From contig CAYUHX010000002.1 in the NCBI GenBank assembly GCA_964444705.1, positions 22,869 through 86,868 of the forward strand: a stretch of DNA of 64,000 nt. Direction: 5' to 3'. Below the pieces are notes generated by a model, which was not told the DNA's origin, did no database searches, and was given only the letters and a program-made list of their open reading frames with translations. This DNA is from an uncultured Gammaproteobacteria bacterium. GTDB taxonomy: Bacteria; Patescibacteriota; Patescibacteriia; Magasanikbacterales; GWA2-37-8. Position numbers and translations under genes: made by a program. Below, piece after piece: positions 17,900 to 29,253 of this stretch (position 1 is its first letter; every line of letters starts with the position of its first letter).

Positions 17900-19129
17900 C
17901 TAGAACTCGGCGGCCGTGCGGCCGATTCCTCGGCAAAGGGGGTCGCGCTGGTCGGTGAATTCATTTATGTTCACCGCCGGGTCCCCGATTTGCGCCCTGA
18001 ACGCGGCCTCGTCGATCAGCAGGTCGCGCGAGCTACACGGTGATACCTTCACCGAGTTGGCATAAGGGTTGTCACCATGGTCCAGAAACAACCCTTCGGT
18101 GGGGAAGCTGATGAGTTCGTGTTCGCACACCCAGATGGGCTGGGTGGGGATGTTGATGCTCTTCAGCAGAGCCACCATAAAGCCCACACTTCCGTGACAG
18201 CCCGCGGTCCAGTGTTGGACCCCTGCGTCTGGATTGTTGGTATCAATAGTACCTTCAATGATTGCGCCCAGCGGTGCGAATCCTGCATACCCCCATACTG
18301 CTAGATGGTTGGTGTATGAGGATGGCCCATAGTAATGCGTCATCATGTGCCGCATCCAATCAATCAGGTTCACAATTGTGCTTAGGCGATTTTCACCGAC
18401 TATTCCCTGGCTCGCAAGCCAGTTGTACAGCGCTCGTGGGGGCGCGTAGGGTGTTTGTGCGCGGTTATCTTTTGTGAAATAAGGTGTGCCTATTTCACTC
18501 GTCCCAACCGTGTAGACTACGGGAGAATATTCGAGCCGCCACCCAATGGCCGCGCTGTCAAACAGTTCTCGGAGTTGTTCGTCGTTGTACCCGGTGATGC
18601 TCCACCCAAGGGTAGTGGAGGTCTCGAGCGCGAGCGAGAAGCCCACTTGGGCAACATAAAGTCGCCACATGTAGGTTTCTTCGAACTCCTTCGCAACTTT
18701 GCAGTTTGGGCAACGATCGCCGTTATTATTGTTCGACGGCCTATCGGTCAGACCATCGGCGATGAAGCCTACAGGCGTTGCTCCACCCCGTAGCCAGTCG
18801 TAGGCGGTTTTGTAGGCGGTTTCGAGGTCCGCCTTTTGGACAGTCGACCATTTGGTGTAGTTTTGTTTTTCGCTATCTGTCGGCGGTGTGTAGGCGTTAA
18901 GAGACGCCTGAGCGTGCTGCCACTTGATGGCCGTTGCCACCTGGGGGTGGTTGGCTAACCACTGCGCCGCGGTTGGTGGTTTGCTTGGAATGATTACTAC
19001 CGGTGGGTCATCCGTGGGTCGTTCGCCCATGTCTGCGACCGATGGTGGCCGCTCTTGATTTGTGGGGCTTGGCCCGCAAGCGGTGGTGCAGAAAAGCCAG
19101 AAAAGAATCAGACCAACGAGACGTTGCAT
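17900..19129 (-). CDS. GC-rich secreted lipoprotein, hypothetical (likely horizontally acquired)
   Basis: MQRLVGLILFWLFCTTACG signal/lipobox. About 60% GC. No recognisable catalytic motif. Confidence 0.5.
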   Translation of the reverse strand: MQRLVGLILFWLFCTTACGPSPTNQERPPSVADMGERPTDDPPVVIIPSKPPTAAQWLANHPQVATAIKWQHAQASLNAYTPPTDSEKQNYTKWSTVQKADLETAYKTAYDWLRGGATPVGFIADGLTDRPSNNNNGDRCPNCKVAKEFEETYMWRLYVAQVGFSLALETSTTLGWSITGYNDEQLRELFDSAAIGWRLEYSPVVYTVGTSEIGTPYFTKDNRAQTPYAPPRALYNWLASQGIVGENRLSTIVNLIDWMRHMMTHYYGPSSYTNHLAVWGYAGFAPLGAIIEGTIDTNNPDAGVQHWTAGCHGSVGFMVALLKSINIPTQPIWVCEHELISFPTEGLFLDHGDNPYANSVKVSPCSSRDLLIDEAAFRAQIGDPAVNINEFTDQRDPLCRGIGRTAAEF

Positions 19130-19345
19130 GGTTTTGATCTCCAAATTTCGGGCTCATGGCCCGGGTAGGGGTGATTTGGGGTGAAGTAATAATGCACCGG
19201 CATCTTAATTGTAAGATAATAATGGTGCGTTATCACGGATAAAAAGAGCCAAGATTTGACACTAGCACAAAAATGAAAAATGTCAAGTCTAAGAAGGTGT
19301 TTTTTATCTTAATTAAGCAAAATAGTGCGTATTTAAAAAAATAAA

Positions 19346-19376
19346 AAACCCGAGAATATCGGGTTTAGCTTTTTTC
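19346..19376 (-). terminator. orphan Rho-independent terminator (stronger on minus strand)
   Basis: aaacccga-gaata-tcgggttt with a T-run on the + side (agctttttt) and T6AT7 on the minus side. No annotated gene ends here. Confidence 0.45.
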
Positions 19377-19759
19377 ACCATTAAGCTGCGGGAAGATCTG
19401 CATGTTAAGCGCGAGTCGGATTCCAAAAAACGGCTCCTTTAAAACATGAGACACATTTTAAGGGAAAAAAGATTGTTTTAGGATTCTAATTCGATTGAAA
19501 CATCAAATCTACCGCAACTTATTAGTGAAAAATATGAAAAAGGTTTGGTCATTGTAAGCTTCACCCTGCCGACTGTCAAGTGCGCTTAAAAAACGAAAAA
19601 ATAACCAATAAATCGTATAAACTCGATTTCAACCTTGGGTATTTTTAAATCACTTGTTGATAAGTAAAGTAGGGCTGCAAATGCGAGTGGTGTTATTTTG
19701 GCATAATCTAGTTAAAAATAAGAATAAAATTGACAAACTAGCACTCGCTTGTTCTTCAC

Positions 19760-19788
19760 TTGACACGCGGAAAATATCCGGCTAAAAT
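19760..19788 (+). promoter_or_regulatory. sigma70-like promoter for rpoBC (TTGACA-17-TAAAAT)
   Basis: TTGACAcgcggaaaatatccggcTAAAAT lies about 240 nt upstream of the rpoB start. A second TTGACA sits 30 nt further upstream. Confidence 0.45.
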
Positions 19789-20027
19789 GAATCCACTTTA
19801 GAGATGTGCAGAGGATTGGCATGGCAAGACAAAAAAGAGATCGATGTACTTTTTCGTCTTTTCATTCCAAGTCCCTCTCTTGCCTTATAAAGAGGTGTTT
19901 AATTATTTGAAACCCTTATTTAATGTGGTTAGAGAGTGATTATTTCCACCAAAAACCCTTTTAGGGTTTCATTTTGTTTTCTTTAAAAAAATTAGTTTCA
20001 ATCATAATTTCATCCTTCTTTAAAACT

Positions 20028-23000
20028 ATGTCTATGAAGGTACCTATTTTTAAAAAGCAGCCAGTGAAGGGTCGGGAGCGTAAATTTTTTACGCCAGTTA
20101 AAAATTGCCCACTACCCGATTTGATTGAAATTCAAAAAAATTCCTACCAATGGTTTTTGCAATCAGGAGTTAAAGAATTGTTCGAAGAAATTTCGCCGAT
20201 CACTGATTTTACCGGTCGTGATTTAGAGCTATCTCTCGACAGTTATTACCTCGACGAGCCACGTTTCGATGAGGTTACCTGTCGTGATCGCAACATCACC
20301 TACGAAGCCCCGCTCCGTGCGGTTGCTCGTTTGGTAAACAAACGTGACAAACAATCTAAAAGTCAAGAAATTTATTTAGGCGACATTCCGCTCATGACCA
20401 GCCGCGGCACGTTTGTGGTTAATGGTATTGAGCGCGTGGTTGTGTCGCAGTTTATTAGAAGTGCTGGTGCTTTTTTTACCGCTGAATCAGTGCGTGGTCG
20501 TCGTTATTATGGTGCAAAAATAATTCCAAATCGTGGTGCCTGGATTGAAATTGAAACTGATCTTAATAACGTTCTTTGGATTAAAGTTGATCGCAAACGC
20601 AAAGTAGCAGCTACATCGCTTTTGCGTGCGTTTGGTTATGAAGATGACGAAAAATTACTTGAATGTTTTAAAGATGTTGATGTCCACCCAACTATCAACT
20701 ATGCCGAAGCGACCATCAAAAAAGATCTTGCAAAAAACATGGATGAGGGTTTGATCGAAGTCTATAAGAGAATTCGTCCGGGTGATTTGGCAACGGCCGA
20801 CAATGCCAAAAGTTTGATCTACGCCATGTTCTTCAATTTTGATCGTTATGATCTTGGACGCGTTGGTGTGTACAAATTTAATACTAAATTTGATCTTGGT
20901 TACACCGAGGGTGATTATGACAAAAAAGAACACCGAGTACTTTCTGCCGAAAAATTGTTAGCGGTTTTGAAAGAAGTTGTTCGTCTTAATGTTACCCAAG
21001 AAGAACCTGATGATGTTGACCATCTTGGTAACCGCCGCGTGCGTGCGGTGGGTGAACTTGTGCAAAATCGTTTTCGTGTTGGTCTTTCCCGCATGGAACG
21101 CATCATCAAAGATCGCATGAGCACCTATGAGCTCGATCAGTTAACACCAAACAAGCTTATTAACGCCCGCCCAGTCACGAGTGCCATTCGTGAGTTTTTC
21201 ATGAGTTCACAGTTGTCGCAATTCATGGATCAAACTAATCCTTTGGCTGAGCTTGAACACAAACGTCGTTTGAGTGCTCTTGGCCCTGGAGGTCTTGGCC
21301 GTGATCGGGCTGGGTTTGAAGTGCGTGACGTGCATACTACCCATTATGGCAAGGTATGTCCGATTGCGACTCCGGAAGGACCAAATATCGGTCTCGTTAA
21401 CCATCTGGCAAGTTATGCCAAAATTAACGAATTTGGTTTTGTTGAAACAGCCTATCGAAAAATTTTAAAAGAAGTTGCCAATGAGCCACGTTTTACCGAG
21501 GGTGAAATTTTGCGTGGAGATCAAGGTGGTTTTAAAGATGGCACACCCATCACAAAAGATGTGGCTGAAAAATTGGCGAAAGTAAAAGTAGAAAAAATCT
21601 TGGTGAAATCTCGTCTTACTAGTGAAGTGGTGTATCTTAATGCCTTTAAAGAAGAAAAAGTAATCACTGCGGCTGCCAACACACGCACAGATGAGAAAGG
21701 TTATTTCCTTGATGGTACGGTGCCTGCTCGTGTGTACAGCAAACCAGGCGTCGCGCATGTGAACGACTTAGATTATATCGACGCAGCCTCGAATGAAATT
21801 GTGAGTATTGCCACCTCATGTATTCCTTTTCTTGAACATGATGACGCCACACGCGCACTCATGGGAACAAACATGCAGCGTCAGGCGGTGCCTTGTATTC
21901 GTCCGGAGCCGCCACTCGTGGGCACTGGCATGGAAAGAGATGCGGCTCGCTACACCGGTCAAATTGTGATCGCCGATGCTGATGGTGAGATCACCGAATT
22001 TGATGGTAAACACATTGTGCTTACCACTAAAAAAGGTGAAAAATTTGTCTATAATCTAAACAAATTCGTACGCTCCAATGCGTCAACATGTATTAACCAA
22101 CATCCATGTGTGTCACTTGGTCAACAGGTGAAGAAAGGCGATGTGCTGTCAGACGGGCCTTCTATCAGTGATGGTGAGTTGGCACTCGGCCAAAATGTGC
22201 TCGTGGCGTATATGATTTGGGAAGGGTTCAACTATGAAGACGCCATTATTACTTCAGAAAAATTAGTACAACGCGACAGCTTCACTTCTGTACATATTGA
22301 AGATTATACTGTCGACGTGTGTGAAACCAAACTTGGACCAGAAGTAGTCACTGCTGATATTCCGAATGTCAGTGAAGAAAAATTAAAAAATTTAGACAGC
22401 GAAGGCATAATTCGTATCGGTGCCGAAATCAAATCTGGTGATATTTTGGTTGGTAAGATTACGCCAAAAGGTGAAACCGAGCTTAGCGCTGAAGAACGTT
22501 TGCTTCGCGCCATCTTTGGTGAAAAAGCTCGCGATGTACGTGATTCTTCTTTGTATCTTGAGCATGGCGAACACGGTAAAGTAATTGGTGTGCAAGTGTT
22601 TTCTGCCGAAAATGGCGACAAACTTGAACCAGGTGTCATTAAACGTATTCAAGTCACGGTGGCTGATCTCCGTAAGATTCAGGTGGGAGATAAGATGGCA
22701 GGACGCCACGGTAATAAAGGTGTGGTTTCGAAGATTGTTCCGGCTGAAGATTTGCCTTTCCTTGAAGATGGTACCTCCGTGGACATTGTGCTTTCCCCAC
22801 TCGGCGTTATTTCTCGTATGAACTTGGGGCAATTGCTTGAAACTCACCTTGGTCTTGCGGCGAATGCGCTGGGATATAAAGTCGCAACGCCGGTATTAGA
22901 CGGGTTAAACGAAGAGCAAATTAAGAGCGAGCTTGAAAAAGGAGGCTTTCCTCTCAATGGACAAGTGCAGCTTTATGATGGACGTACCGGTGAACCGTTT

Positions 23001-23447
23001 GATCACAAAACGACCATTGGTTACAAATACATGCTCAAACTCAACCACATGGTTGAAGATAAAATTCACCAACGTTCAATTGGTCCATACAGCTTAATTA
23101 CACAGCAACCGCTTGGTGGTAAGGCTCAATTCGGTGGTCAGCGTTTCGGAGAAATGGAAGTGTGGGCACTCCAAGCGTATGGTGCCGCACACACCTTGCA
23201 AGAAATGTTAACGATCAAGTCAGATGACGTACCAGGCCGCTCTAAAGCATATGAGGCTATCATTAAGGGCGAAAAGGTAAGTCGAGTCAACATTCCTGAA
23301 TCATTCAACGTGCTTGTACGCGAATTGAAAGGTTTGTGTCTCGATGTGAGCTTGCTCAAGAAAACAGAATCCGGTCAGTATGTTCCAGCAGAGGATTTGA
23401 AAACCCAAGAAGAACGAACTGCACAAAAAGAAGACATGCCGCTTTAG
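20028..23447 (+). CDS. rpoB: DNA-directed RNA polymerase subunit beta
   Basis: Full-length RpoB with conserved blocks ([48 protein letters not shown]). Start chosen at ATG MSMKVP. The track ORF begins at an upstream TTG. Confidence 0.93.
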   Translation: MSMKVPIFKKQPVKGRERKFFTPVKNCPLPDLIEIQKNSYQWFLQSGVKELFEEISPITDFTGRDLELSLDSYYLDEPRFDEVTCRDRNITYEAPLRAVARLVNKRDKQSKSQEIYLGDIPLMTSRGTFVVNGIERVVVSQFIRSAGAFFTAESVRGRRYYGAKIIPNRGAWIEIETDLNNVLWIKVDRKRKVAATSLLRAFGYEDDEKLLECFKDVDVHPTINYAEATIKKDLAKNMDEGLIEVYKRIRPGDLATADNAKSLIYAMFFNFDRYDLGRVGVYKFNTKFDLGYTEGDYDKKEHRVLSAEKLLAVLKEVVRLNVTQEEPDDVDHLGNRRVRAVGELVQNRFRVGLSRMERIIKDRMSTYELDQLTPNKLINARPVTSAIREFFMSSQLSQFMDQTNPLAELEHKRRLSALGPGGLGRDRAGFEVRDVHTTHYGKVCPIATPEGPNIGLVNHLASYAKINEFGFVETAYRKILKEVANEPRFTEGEILRGDQGGFKDGTPITKDVAEKLAKVKVEKILVKSRLTSEVVYLNAFKEEKVITAAANTRTDEKGYFLDGTVPARVYSKPGVAHVNDLDYIDAASNEIVSIATSCIPFLEHDDATRALMGTNMQRQAVPCIRPEPPLVGTGMERDAARYTGQIVIADADGEITEFDGKHIVLTTKKGEKFVYNLNKFVRSNASTCINQHPCVSLGQQVKKGDVLSDGPSISDGELALGQNVLVAYMIWEGFNYEDAIITSEKLVQRDSFTSVHIEDYTVDVCETKLGPEVVTADIPNVSEEKLKNLDSEGIIRIGAEIKSGDILVGKITPKGETELSAEERLLRAIFGEKARDVRDSSLYLEHGEHGKVIGVQVFSAENGDKLEPGVIKRIQVTVADLRKIQVGDKMAGRHGNKGVVSKIVPAEDLPFLEDGTSVDIVLSPLGVISRMNLGQLLETHLGLAANALGYKVATPVLDGLNEEQIKSELEKGGFPLNGQVQLYDGRTGEPFDHKTTIGYKYMLKLNHMVEDKIHQRSIGPYSLITQQPLGGKAQFGGQRFGEMEVWALQAYGAAHTLQEMLTIKSDDVPGRSKAYEAIIKGEKVSRVNIPESFNVLVRELKGLCLDVSLLKKTESGQYVPAEDLKTQEERTAQKEDMPL

Positions 23448-23483
23448 TCTTATTCTTTTGCAATCTTTGTAACCTTACCTCTT

Positions 23484-26400
23484 ATGCGCGACCAATTACA
23501 TTCCATGGATTTTGACGCCATCCGCGTAACCCTTGCCTCTCCTGAGCGTATCCGAGAAGGATCGCATGGCAAGGTAGAAAAACCAGAGACAATTAACTAC
23601 CGCACGCAGAAGCCAGAAAAAGGCGGTTTGTTTGCGGAAGAAATTTTCGGGCCGATTAAAGATTACGAATGCTATTGTGGTAAATATAAAAAAATTCGTT
23701 ACAAAGGCATTGTGTGTGACAAGTGTGGTGTTGAAGTAACCCACTCATTGGTGCGCCGTGAACGTATGGGTCATATTGAGCTCATTGCGCCAGCTGCCCA
23801 TATTTGGTTTTTGCGTTCGGTGCCGTCTAAGGTTGGTCTGATTCTTGATCTCTCGGCGCAATCTCTTGAGAAAGTCATCTACTTTGCTTCGTTTGTCATT
23901 ATTCATGTTGACGAAGAAACCAAGAAACAAACATTCGACTTGTTGCGTCAGGAATATAAATCAAAAAAGAAACAGCTGGAAAAAGAATTAGCGACATATC
24001 TTGAGACCGCAGGTAAAGAAAAAGAGAAAGGCAAAGACGATGGGGCAGCTGAGTTTGAACGCAAAATAAAAGCGCTTGATTTAGATTTTACTCAAGCCGA
24101 AAAAGAATTGAAAGAACTTCAAGTAATGAAAATTATTTCAGAAAACAAATATCAGGAGCTCTCTCTGCGCTATGGTCATTTGTTTGAAGCATCTATTGGT
24201 GCCGAGGCGGTGTATACTTTGCTTAGTCGAATTAACCTTGAAGAAACAATTAAAAAACTAGAAGACGAGCAAGCCAAAGCTAAAGGGGCTAAATTGGAAA
24301 GAATTATCCGCCGCCGCAAATTATTGCGCAGCTTGCTTTTCACCAAAATTCGTCCGGAATGGATGGTGCTTAAAGTGTTGCCGGTTATTCCTCCAGATTT
24401 GCGCCCAATGGTGGCGTTGGACGGTGGTCGTTTTGCCACATCCGATCTCAACGATTTGTATCGTCGCGTAATTAATCGCAACAATCGCTTGCGTCGCTTG
24501 CTTGAACTTGATGCTCCAGAAGTGATTTGTCGCAATGAAAAAAGAATGTTACAGGAAGCAGTTGATGCGCTCATCGACAACAACGCCCGTCATTCCAAAA
24601 CGGTCACCGCTTCAACCGGTCAAAAAAGACAGTTGCGTTCCTTGGCAGATATTCTTAAAGGTAAACAAGGTCGTTTCCGTCAAAACTTGCTCGGTAAACG
24701 TGTGGACTATTCTGGTCGTTCTGTTATCGTCGTCGGTCCGCAGCTTAATATGGACGAATGTGGTTTGCCGAAACGCATGGCCCTCGAATTATTCAAGCCA
24801 TTCATCATGAGCGAAGTTATTCGTCGTGAGCTGGCACACAATGTGCGCAGTGCGAGCCGCTATATCGAAGCAGGCAGCCCTGAAGTGTGGGATATTTTAG
24901 AAGAGCTTACCAAAAATACGCGCGTCATGTTGAATCGTGCGCCAACGTTGCATCGTTTAGGTATTCAGGCTTTTCATCCACGCTTGATTGAAGGTAAAGC
25001 CATTCAACTTCATCCTTTAACCTGTACTGCTTTTAACGCCGACTTTGATGGTGACCAAATGGCAGTGCATTTGCCACTCACCGACGAAGCGCGTTGGGAA
25101 GCAGAGAACCTCATGGCCGCAGAAAAAAACTTGCTCAAACCGGCAACTGGTAAAGTTGTGGCCACTCCAAAGCAAGACGTAGTGTTTGGTTGTTATTATC
25201 TTACTAAATATCTTCTTCAAGACACCGCGCCAGTGACCAAAATATTCTCTTCTGAAAAAGAAGCTAAATTAGCTTACAAAACTCGCGCGATCACTTTGCA
25301 TCAACGCATCAAAGTGCGGTTCACCAGCATGGAAAAGTTTCCTGAGGGCACCAATCATATTATTGAAACATCTATCGGCCGCGTGCTCTTCAATGAAATC
25401 ATCCCACCGAAATTGCCGTATTATAATGAAGTCATTACGGTTAAAAAACTTGGCAACATTATCTTGCTCTGTCTTGAAATGTATGGCCAAGAATACACCG
25501 CACATTTCTTGGACGAATTAAAAAATCTTGGTTTCCGCTACATTACCAAATCTGGCTTCTCGCTGGGTATGGATGATTTTCCAAAGATTCAGGGAAAACA
25601 AGAATACATTGCTTCAGCCGATTCCAAAATTGTGGAAATGGAACAGCAATATCAAGAAGGTTTGCTCACGCAAGCTGAACGCCATGCTACCATTATTGAA
25701 ATTTGGACCGATGCCAAAAATAAAATTGCCGCTCGTAGTAAAGACTTCCTCGATAAGAATGGTCCAGTGTTCGCGATGATGGATTCTGGTGCGCGTGGTA
25801 GTGAAGCGCAGCTTACCCAAGTTACTGCTATGAAAGGTTTAGTGGTGTCGCCTTCTGGTGATATTATCGAGCTGCCAATCAAGGGTAACTTTAAAGAAGG
25901 TTTCAGTGTACTTGAATTCTTTATCTCTTCCCACGGTACGCGTAAAGGTTTGTCTGATACCGCACTTCGTACCGCGAATGCGGGGTACCTCACCCGTCGT
26001 TTGGTAGATGTGTCGCAAGATGTGGTAGTGGCCGAAGAAGATTGTGGTGACACTGTTGGTGAAATTTTTTCAACCGAGCAATCTAAGGAGATGGGTGAAA
26101 AATTAGCTGATCGCGTGTGGGGTCGCTATGTGGTGGCTGAAGTAAAAGTAGGTAAAGAGGTGATTGTTGAAGTTGGACAGGCTATTGATGATCGCGCTGC
26201 TCGCCGCATTGAAGAACTGGAAGTGTCATCTGTGCATGTACGAAGTGTGCTTCAGTGCCGTCTCTCTAAAACAGTTTGCCGCAGATGTTATGGTTTTGAT
26301 TTGGCACACAATAAGCCCGTTGAGTTTGGAACTGCGGTGGGTGTTATTGCTGCTCAATCAATTGGTGAACCGGGTACACAGCTTACTCTTCGTACGTTCC

Positions 26401-27377
26401 ATTCTGGTGGTGTGGCTGGAGGCGATATTACCCAAGGTTTGCCTCGCGTAGAAGAGTTGTTTGAGCTTCGTACTCCTAAACACCAAGCTTTTTTGGCTAC
26501 GGTTTCCGGCAAAATTGAAATTGAAGACGCTGATGGAAAAATGATTATTGGTCCAACAGGCAAGAAAGTTTTTGAAGGCCGCAGCGGACAAAAAATTGTA
26601 CGCGTGCATTTTGAAGGTATGGATGAAATGACCATGAAGTATAAATCTGAAGATGAAATTCGGGTGAAGGATGGTGAGCGCGTCGCAAAAGATCAGGTAC
26701 TCTTGGTACGCGGCAGTACTGGTGAAGAAATTATGGCCAAGTATAGTGGTCAGGTAAAATTTGCCAAAAATCAAATCAGTTTGGTGTACGAAGGTCCGCG
26801 TGTGCATGAGCATGTAGTGCCGATGGGGTATAAAATCATGGTAAAAAATGGTGATATGGTAGAAAAAGGCGATCGCTTGACTGATGGTAGTATTAACCTC
26901 CAAGAATTACATGAATTAAAAGGACGTGCTGCGGTACAGCGCTATATCTTAGAAGAAGTACAGTCAATTTATTCTTCTCAAGGTCAGAAAGTGAACGACA
27001 AGCATGTAGAACTCATTATTCGTCAAATGTTTAGTCGTGTGTATCTCGAAGATACTGGGGAAACTGAACTTATTCCAGGTGAGGTGGTTGAAAAACATCA
27101 GGTGGAATTGGCCAACAATTTGCTTAAGAAGGCAAGTGCCAAACAGGCTGTTGGGCGCGAACTCCTCCTTGGTATTAGTAAGGTGGCGCTTTCAACACAA
27201 AGCTTCCTCTCGGCGGCATCGTTTCAAGAAACCGCTCGCGTACTTATCAACGCTGCCTCAACCGGTAAGATTGATTATCTCGAGGGCTTGAAAGAAAATG
27301 TGATCATCGGTCGGCTCATTCCAGTGGGCACTGGTTTTAAATCTCCCTTTACCGCTGACGTAGTAAAAAATGGCTAA
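23484..27377 (+). CDS. rpoC: DNA-directed RNA polymerase subunit beta'
   Basis: FDAIRVTLASPE N-terminus, zinc-finger cysteines (CYCGKYKKIRYKGIVCDKCG), catalytic NADFDGDQMAVH, and a 1297-aa length. Confidence 0.93.
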   Translation: MRDQLHSMDFDAIRVTLASPERIREGSHGKVEKPETINYRTQKPEKGGLFAEEIFGPIKDYECYCGKYKKIRYKGIVCDKCGVEVTHSLVRRERMGHIELIAPAAHIWFLRSVPSKVGLILDLSAQSLEKVIYFASFVIIHVDEETKKQTFDLLRQEYKSKKKQLEKELATYLETAGKEKEKGKDDGAAEFERKIKALDLDFTQAEKELKELQVMKIISENKYQELSLRYGHLFEASIGAEAVYTLLSRINLEETIKKLEDEQAKAKGAKLERIIRRRKLLRSLLFTKIRPEWMVLKVLPVIPPDLRPMVALDGGRFATSDLNDLYRRVINRNNRLRRLLELDAPEVICRNEKRMLQEAVDALIDNNARHSKTVTASTGQKRQLRSLADILKGKQGRFRQNLLGKRVDYSGRSVIVVGPQLNMDECGLPKRMALELFKPFIMSEVIRRELAHNVRSASRYIEAGSPEVWDILEELTKNTRVMLNRAPTLHRLGIQAFHPRLIEGKAIQLHPLTCTAFNADFDGDQMAVHLPLTDEARWEAENLMAAEKNLLKPATGKVVATPKQDVVFGCYYLTKYLLQDTAPVTKIFSSEKEAKLAYKTRAITLHQRIKVRFTSMEKFPEGTNHIIETSIGRVLFNEIIPPKLPYYNEVITVKKLGNIILLCLEMYGQEYTAHFLDELKNLGFRYITKSGFSLGMDDFPKIQGKQEYIASADSKIVEMEQQYQEGLLTQAERHATIIEIWTDAKNKIAARSKDFLDKNGPVFAMMDSGARGSEAQLTQVTAMKGLVVSPSGDIIELPIKGNFKEGFSVLEFFISSHGTRKGLSDTALRTANAGYLTRRLVDVSQDVVVAEEDCGDTVGEIFSTEQSKEMGEKLADRVWGRYVVAEVKVGKEVIVEVGQAIDDRAARRIEELEVSSVHVRSVLQCRLSKTVCRRCYGFDLAHNKPVEFGTAVGVIAAQSIGEPGTQLTLRTFHSGGVAGGDITQGLPRVEELFELRTPKHQAFLATVSGKIEIEDADGKMIIGPTGKKVFEGRSGQKIVRVHFEGMDEMTMKYKSEDEIRVKDGERVAKDQVLLVRGSTGEEIMAKYSGQVKFAKNQISLVYEGPRVHEHVVPMGYKIMVKNGDMVEKGDRLTDGSINLQELHELKGRAAVQRYILEEVQSIYSSQGQKVNDKHVELIIRQMFSRVYLEDTGETELIPGEVVEKHQVELANNLLKKASAKQAVGRELLLGISKVALSTQSFLSAASFQETARVLINAASTGKIDYLEGLKENVIIGRLIPVGTGFKSPFTADVVKNG

Positions 27378-27392
27378 AATTTTAGCTGCTAA

Positions 27393-27425
27393 AACCATCT
27401 GTCTTCATGGCAGGTGGTTTTTTTA
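27393..27425 (+). terminator. Rho-independent terminator after rpoC
   Basis: aaccatctg-tcttcatgg-caggtggtt (one G-U pair) followed by T7. Confidence 0.6.
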
Positions 27426-27469
27426 TTAGCTTGTTTTTTATATTTTTTTGGCGTAAAATAGGTTAAACT

Positions 27470-29242
27470 ATGGATAAAAAATATATATTCACCACGGTAG
27501 TACTGGTCGCTAGTGCTAGTTTTCTCGCTTTTGTTTTAAAAACCACTAGTGCTGATTTTTTGTCAGCGAATGCCAAATCAGCGGCCAGAAATAGCATTAT
27601 CGGTATGCGTGAAACCGCTGATGTGCGCTCGACTACATTGGGCGCTTCTTCGACAAAGATGGTTCTACCGTCTTCAACCATCGTTTCGGCACTAATTTCT
27701 GATGAGGATGAGCATGTCGACGAAACGAAGGCGCTTTTAGCCGCGATTGAAAAACAGTCTCCCGAAACAATAGTAGTGTTTTTAGATTCTTTGATTGGTG
27801 AATCGTCTAGTGTTAAAACACGTTTTACCACAAATACACCAGCGGCAAATTCCGTCGCATTTATTACTCGTTTTTTTGAGCGCATGCACGAGCAAACAAC
27901 CGCGCCGATAGAAAATAAAGAAATAATAAACGAGCAACCAAAACTTATTTCACAACTTCAAGCAATATTTCCCGCAGCCACAGTGGTGCCAGTTGTTGTA
28001 GAAAATAAGATGAGTACAACCACTTTGCGTGAATTTGCACGTTTGCTTGCTAAAAATTTGCCTGAAAAAAGTGTAGTGCTTGCACGTGTACGTTTTTTGC
28101 CACAACGATCACCGGCAGTAAAAAAATTTGCTGCAGAGGTTTTTGAAAATGTACTTAAAACCGGGAATGCTGAGCGATTGGCCCGAACGCATATAGCTGA
28201 TTCAGCAGGGCTATACACATTGTTCCAATTTAACGCCTACGCAAAAGCTCAGACATTTTCACCGGTTGTTTTTATTGACACGCCAAATAGCACTTTTTTT
28301 CCTTTAGGCTATTTTTCTTCTGGGGCGCCAGATGACACCACTCTTGTTGGGGTGCATTTTTTTGGTGACATCATGCTTGATCGCAATGTGGCAAAAGCTA
28401 TGGGTAAAAAGGGTCTTGAATATGTATTCGAAAAAATGATACCACCAAAAGATACTTTTTTAACTGGAGCCGATTTTGTGATTGCTAATTTAGAAGGTCC
28501 GTTTGCCAAGGCTCGGGTGAAAACAAGCAAATCAATTGCGTTTCGTTTTGATCCCGCTCTTGCGCCACAATTAAAAAAATATGGCTTTTCTGGATTTAGC
28601 TTGGCCAACAATCATAGCCTGGATATGGGACTAAAAAATGTTGATTTTACTCGCCGTCTTCTTGAAGAAAATGGGCTCGGTCATTTTGGTGATCAGATTC
28701 GAGAAGGGGCAGAGTATACATGGTTTGCCCGTGTGCCCGGCACAACAACGACCATTGCGTTTGTGGGCATTAATACTACCGATCACTCAATTGAACGGGC
28801 GAAAGTAAAAAACGCATTGGCCGAAGCTCGCAAAAAAGCAACGTATGTTTTTGTGATGATGCATTGGGGAGTTGAATATAAACAAGTATCAAGAATTGAC
28901 GAACGTAATTTGGCACACCTGTTACTTGATGAAGGAGCAGATGCCATTATTGGTGCACATCCACATGTGGTGGAAGAGATGGAATTGTATAAGGAAAAAC
29001 CAATCTTTTATTCGCTGGGGAATTTTGTGTTTGACCAATATTTTTCTAAAGAAACCCAGGAAGGTTTGAGTGTTGGTCTCACTTTTGAAGAGGGAAAGGT
29101 TAAAAATATTTATCTCTTTCCGTTCGCCGAAGAAAAATCTCAGCCGCAGCTGATGGAAGGAAAAAGAAGAGATGATTTTTTGGAGTGGTTTAGTACAAGT
29201 AGTCGTGTGGGAGGAAAAAAAATCGAACAGGGAAAAATATAA
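27470..29242 (+). CDS. CapA/PGA_cap family (poly-gamma-glutamate synthesis-type metallophosphatase) protein with N-terminal signal/TM and unknown N-domain
   Basis: C-terminal half has CapA motifs (GDIMLDR, ANLEGP, LANNHSLD, MMHWGVEY, GAHPHV, SLGNFVFDQ). N-terminal hydrophobic segment. Confidence 0.65.
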   Translation: MDKKYIFTTVVLVASASFLAFVLKTTSADFLSANAKSAARNSIIGMRETADVRSTTLGASSTKMVLPSSTIVSALISDEDEHVDETKALLAAIEKQSPETIVVFLDSLIGESSSVKTRFTTNTPAANSVAFITRFFERMHEQTTAPIENKEIINEQPKLISQLQAIFPAATVVPVVVENKMSTTTLREFARLLAKNLPEKSVVLARVRFLPQRSPAVKKFAAEVFENVLKTGNAERLARTHIADSAGLYTLFQFNAYAKAQTFSPVVFIDTPNSTFFPLGYFSSGAPDDTTLVGVHFFGDIMLDRNVAKAMGKKGLEYVFEKMIPPKDTFLTGADFVIANLEGPFAKARVKTSKSIAFRFDPALAPQLKKYGFSGFSLANNHSLDMGLKNVDFTRRLLEENGLGHFGDQIREGAEYTWFARVPGTTTTIAFVGINTTDHSIERAKVKNALAEARKKATYVFVMMHWGVEYKQVSRIDERNLAHLLLDEGADAIIGAHPHVVEEMELYKEKPIFYSLGNFVFDQYFSKETQEGLSVGLTFEEGKVKNIYLFPFAEEKSQPQLMEGKRRDDFLEWFSTSSRVGGKKIEQGKI

Positions 29243-29253
29243 TTTATTATTCT

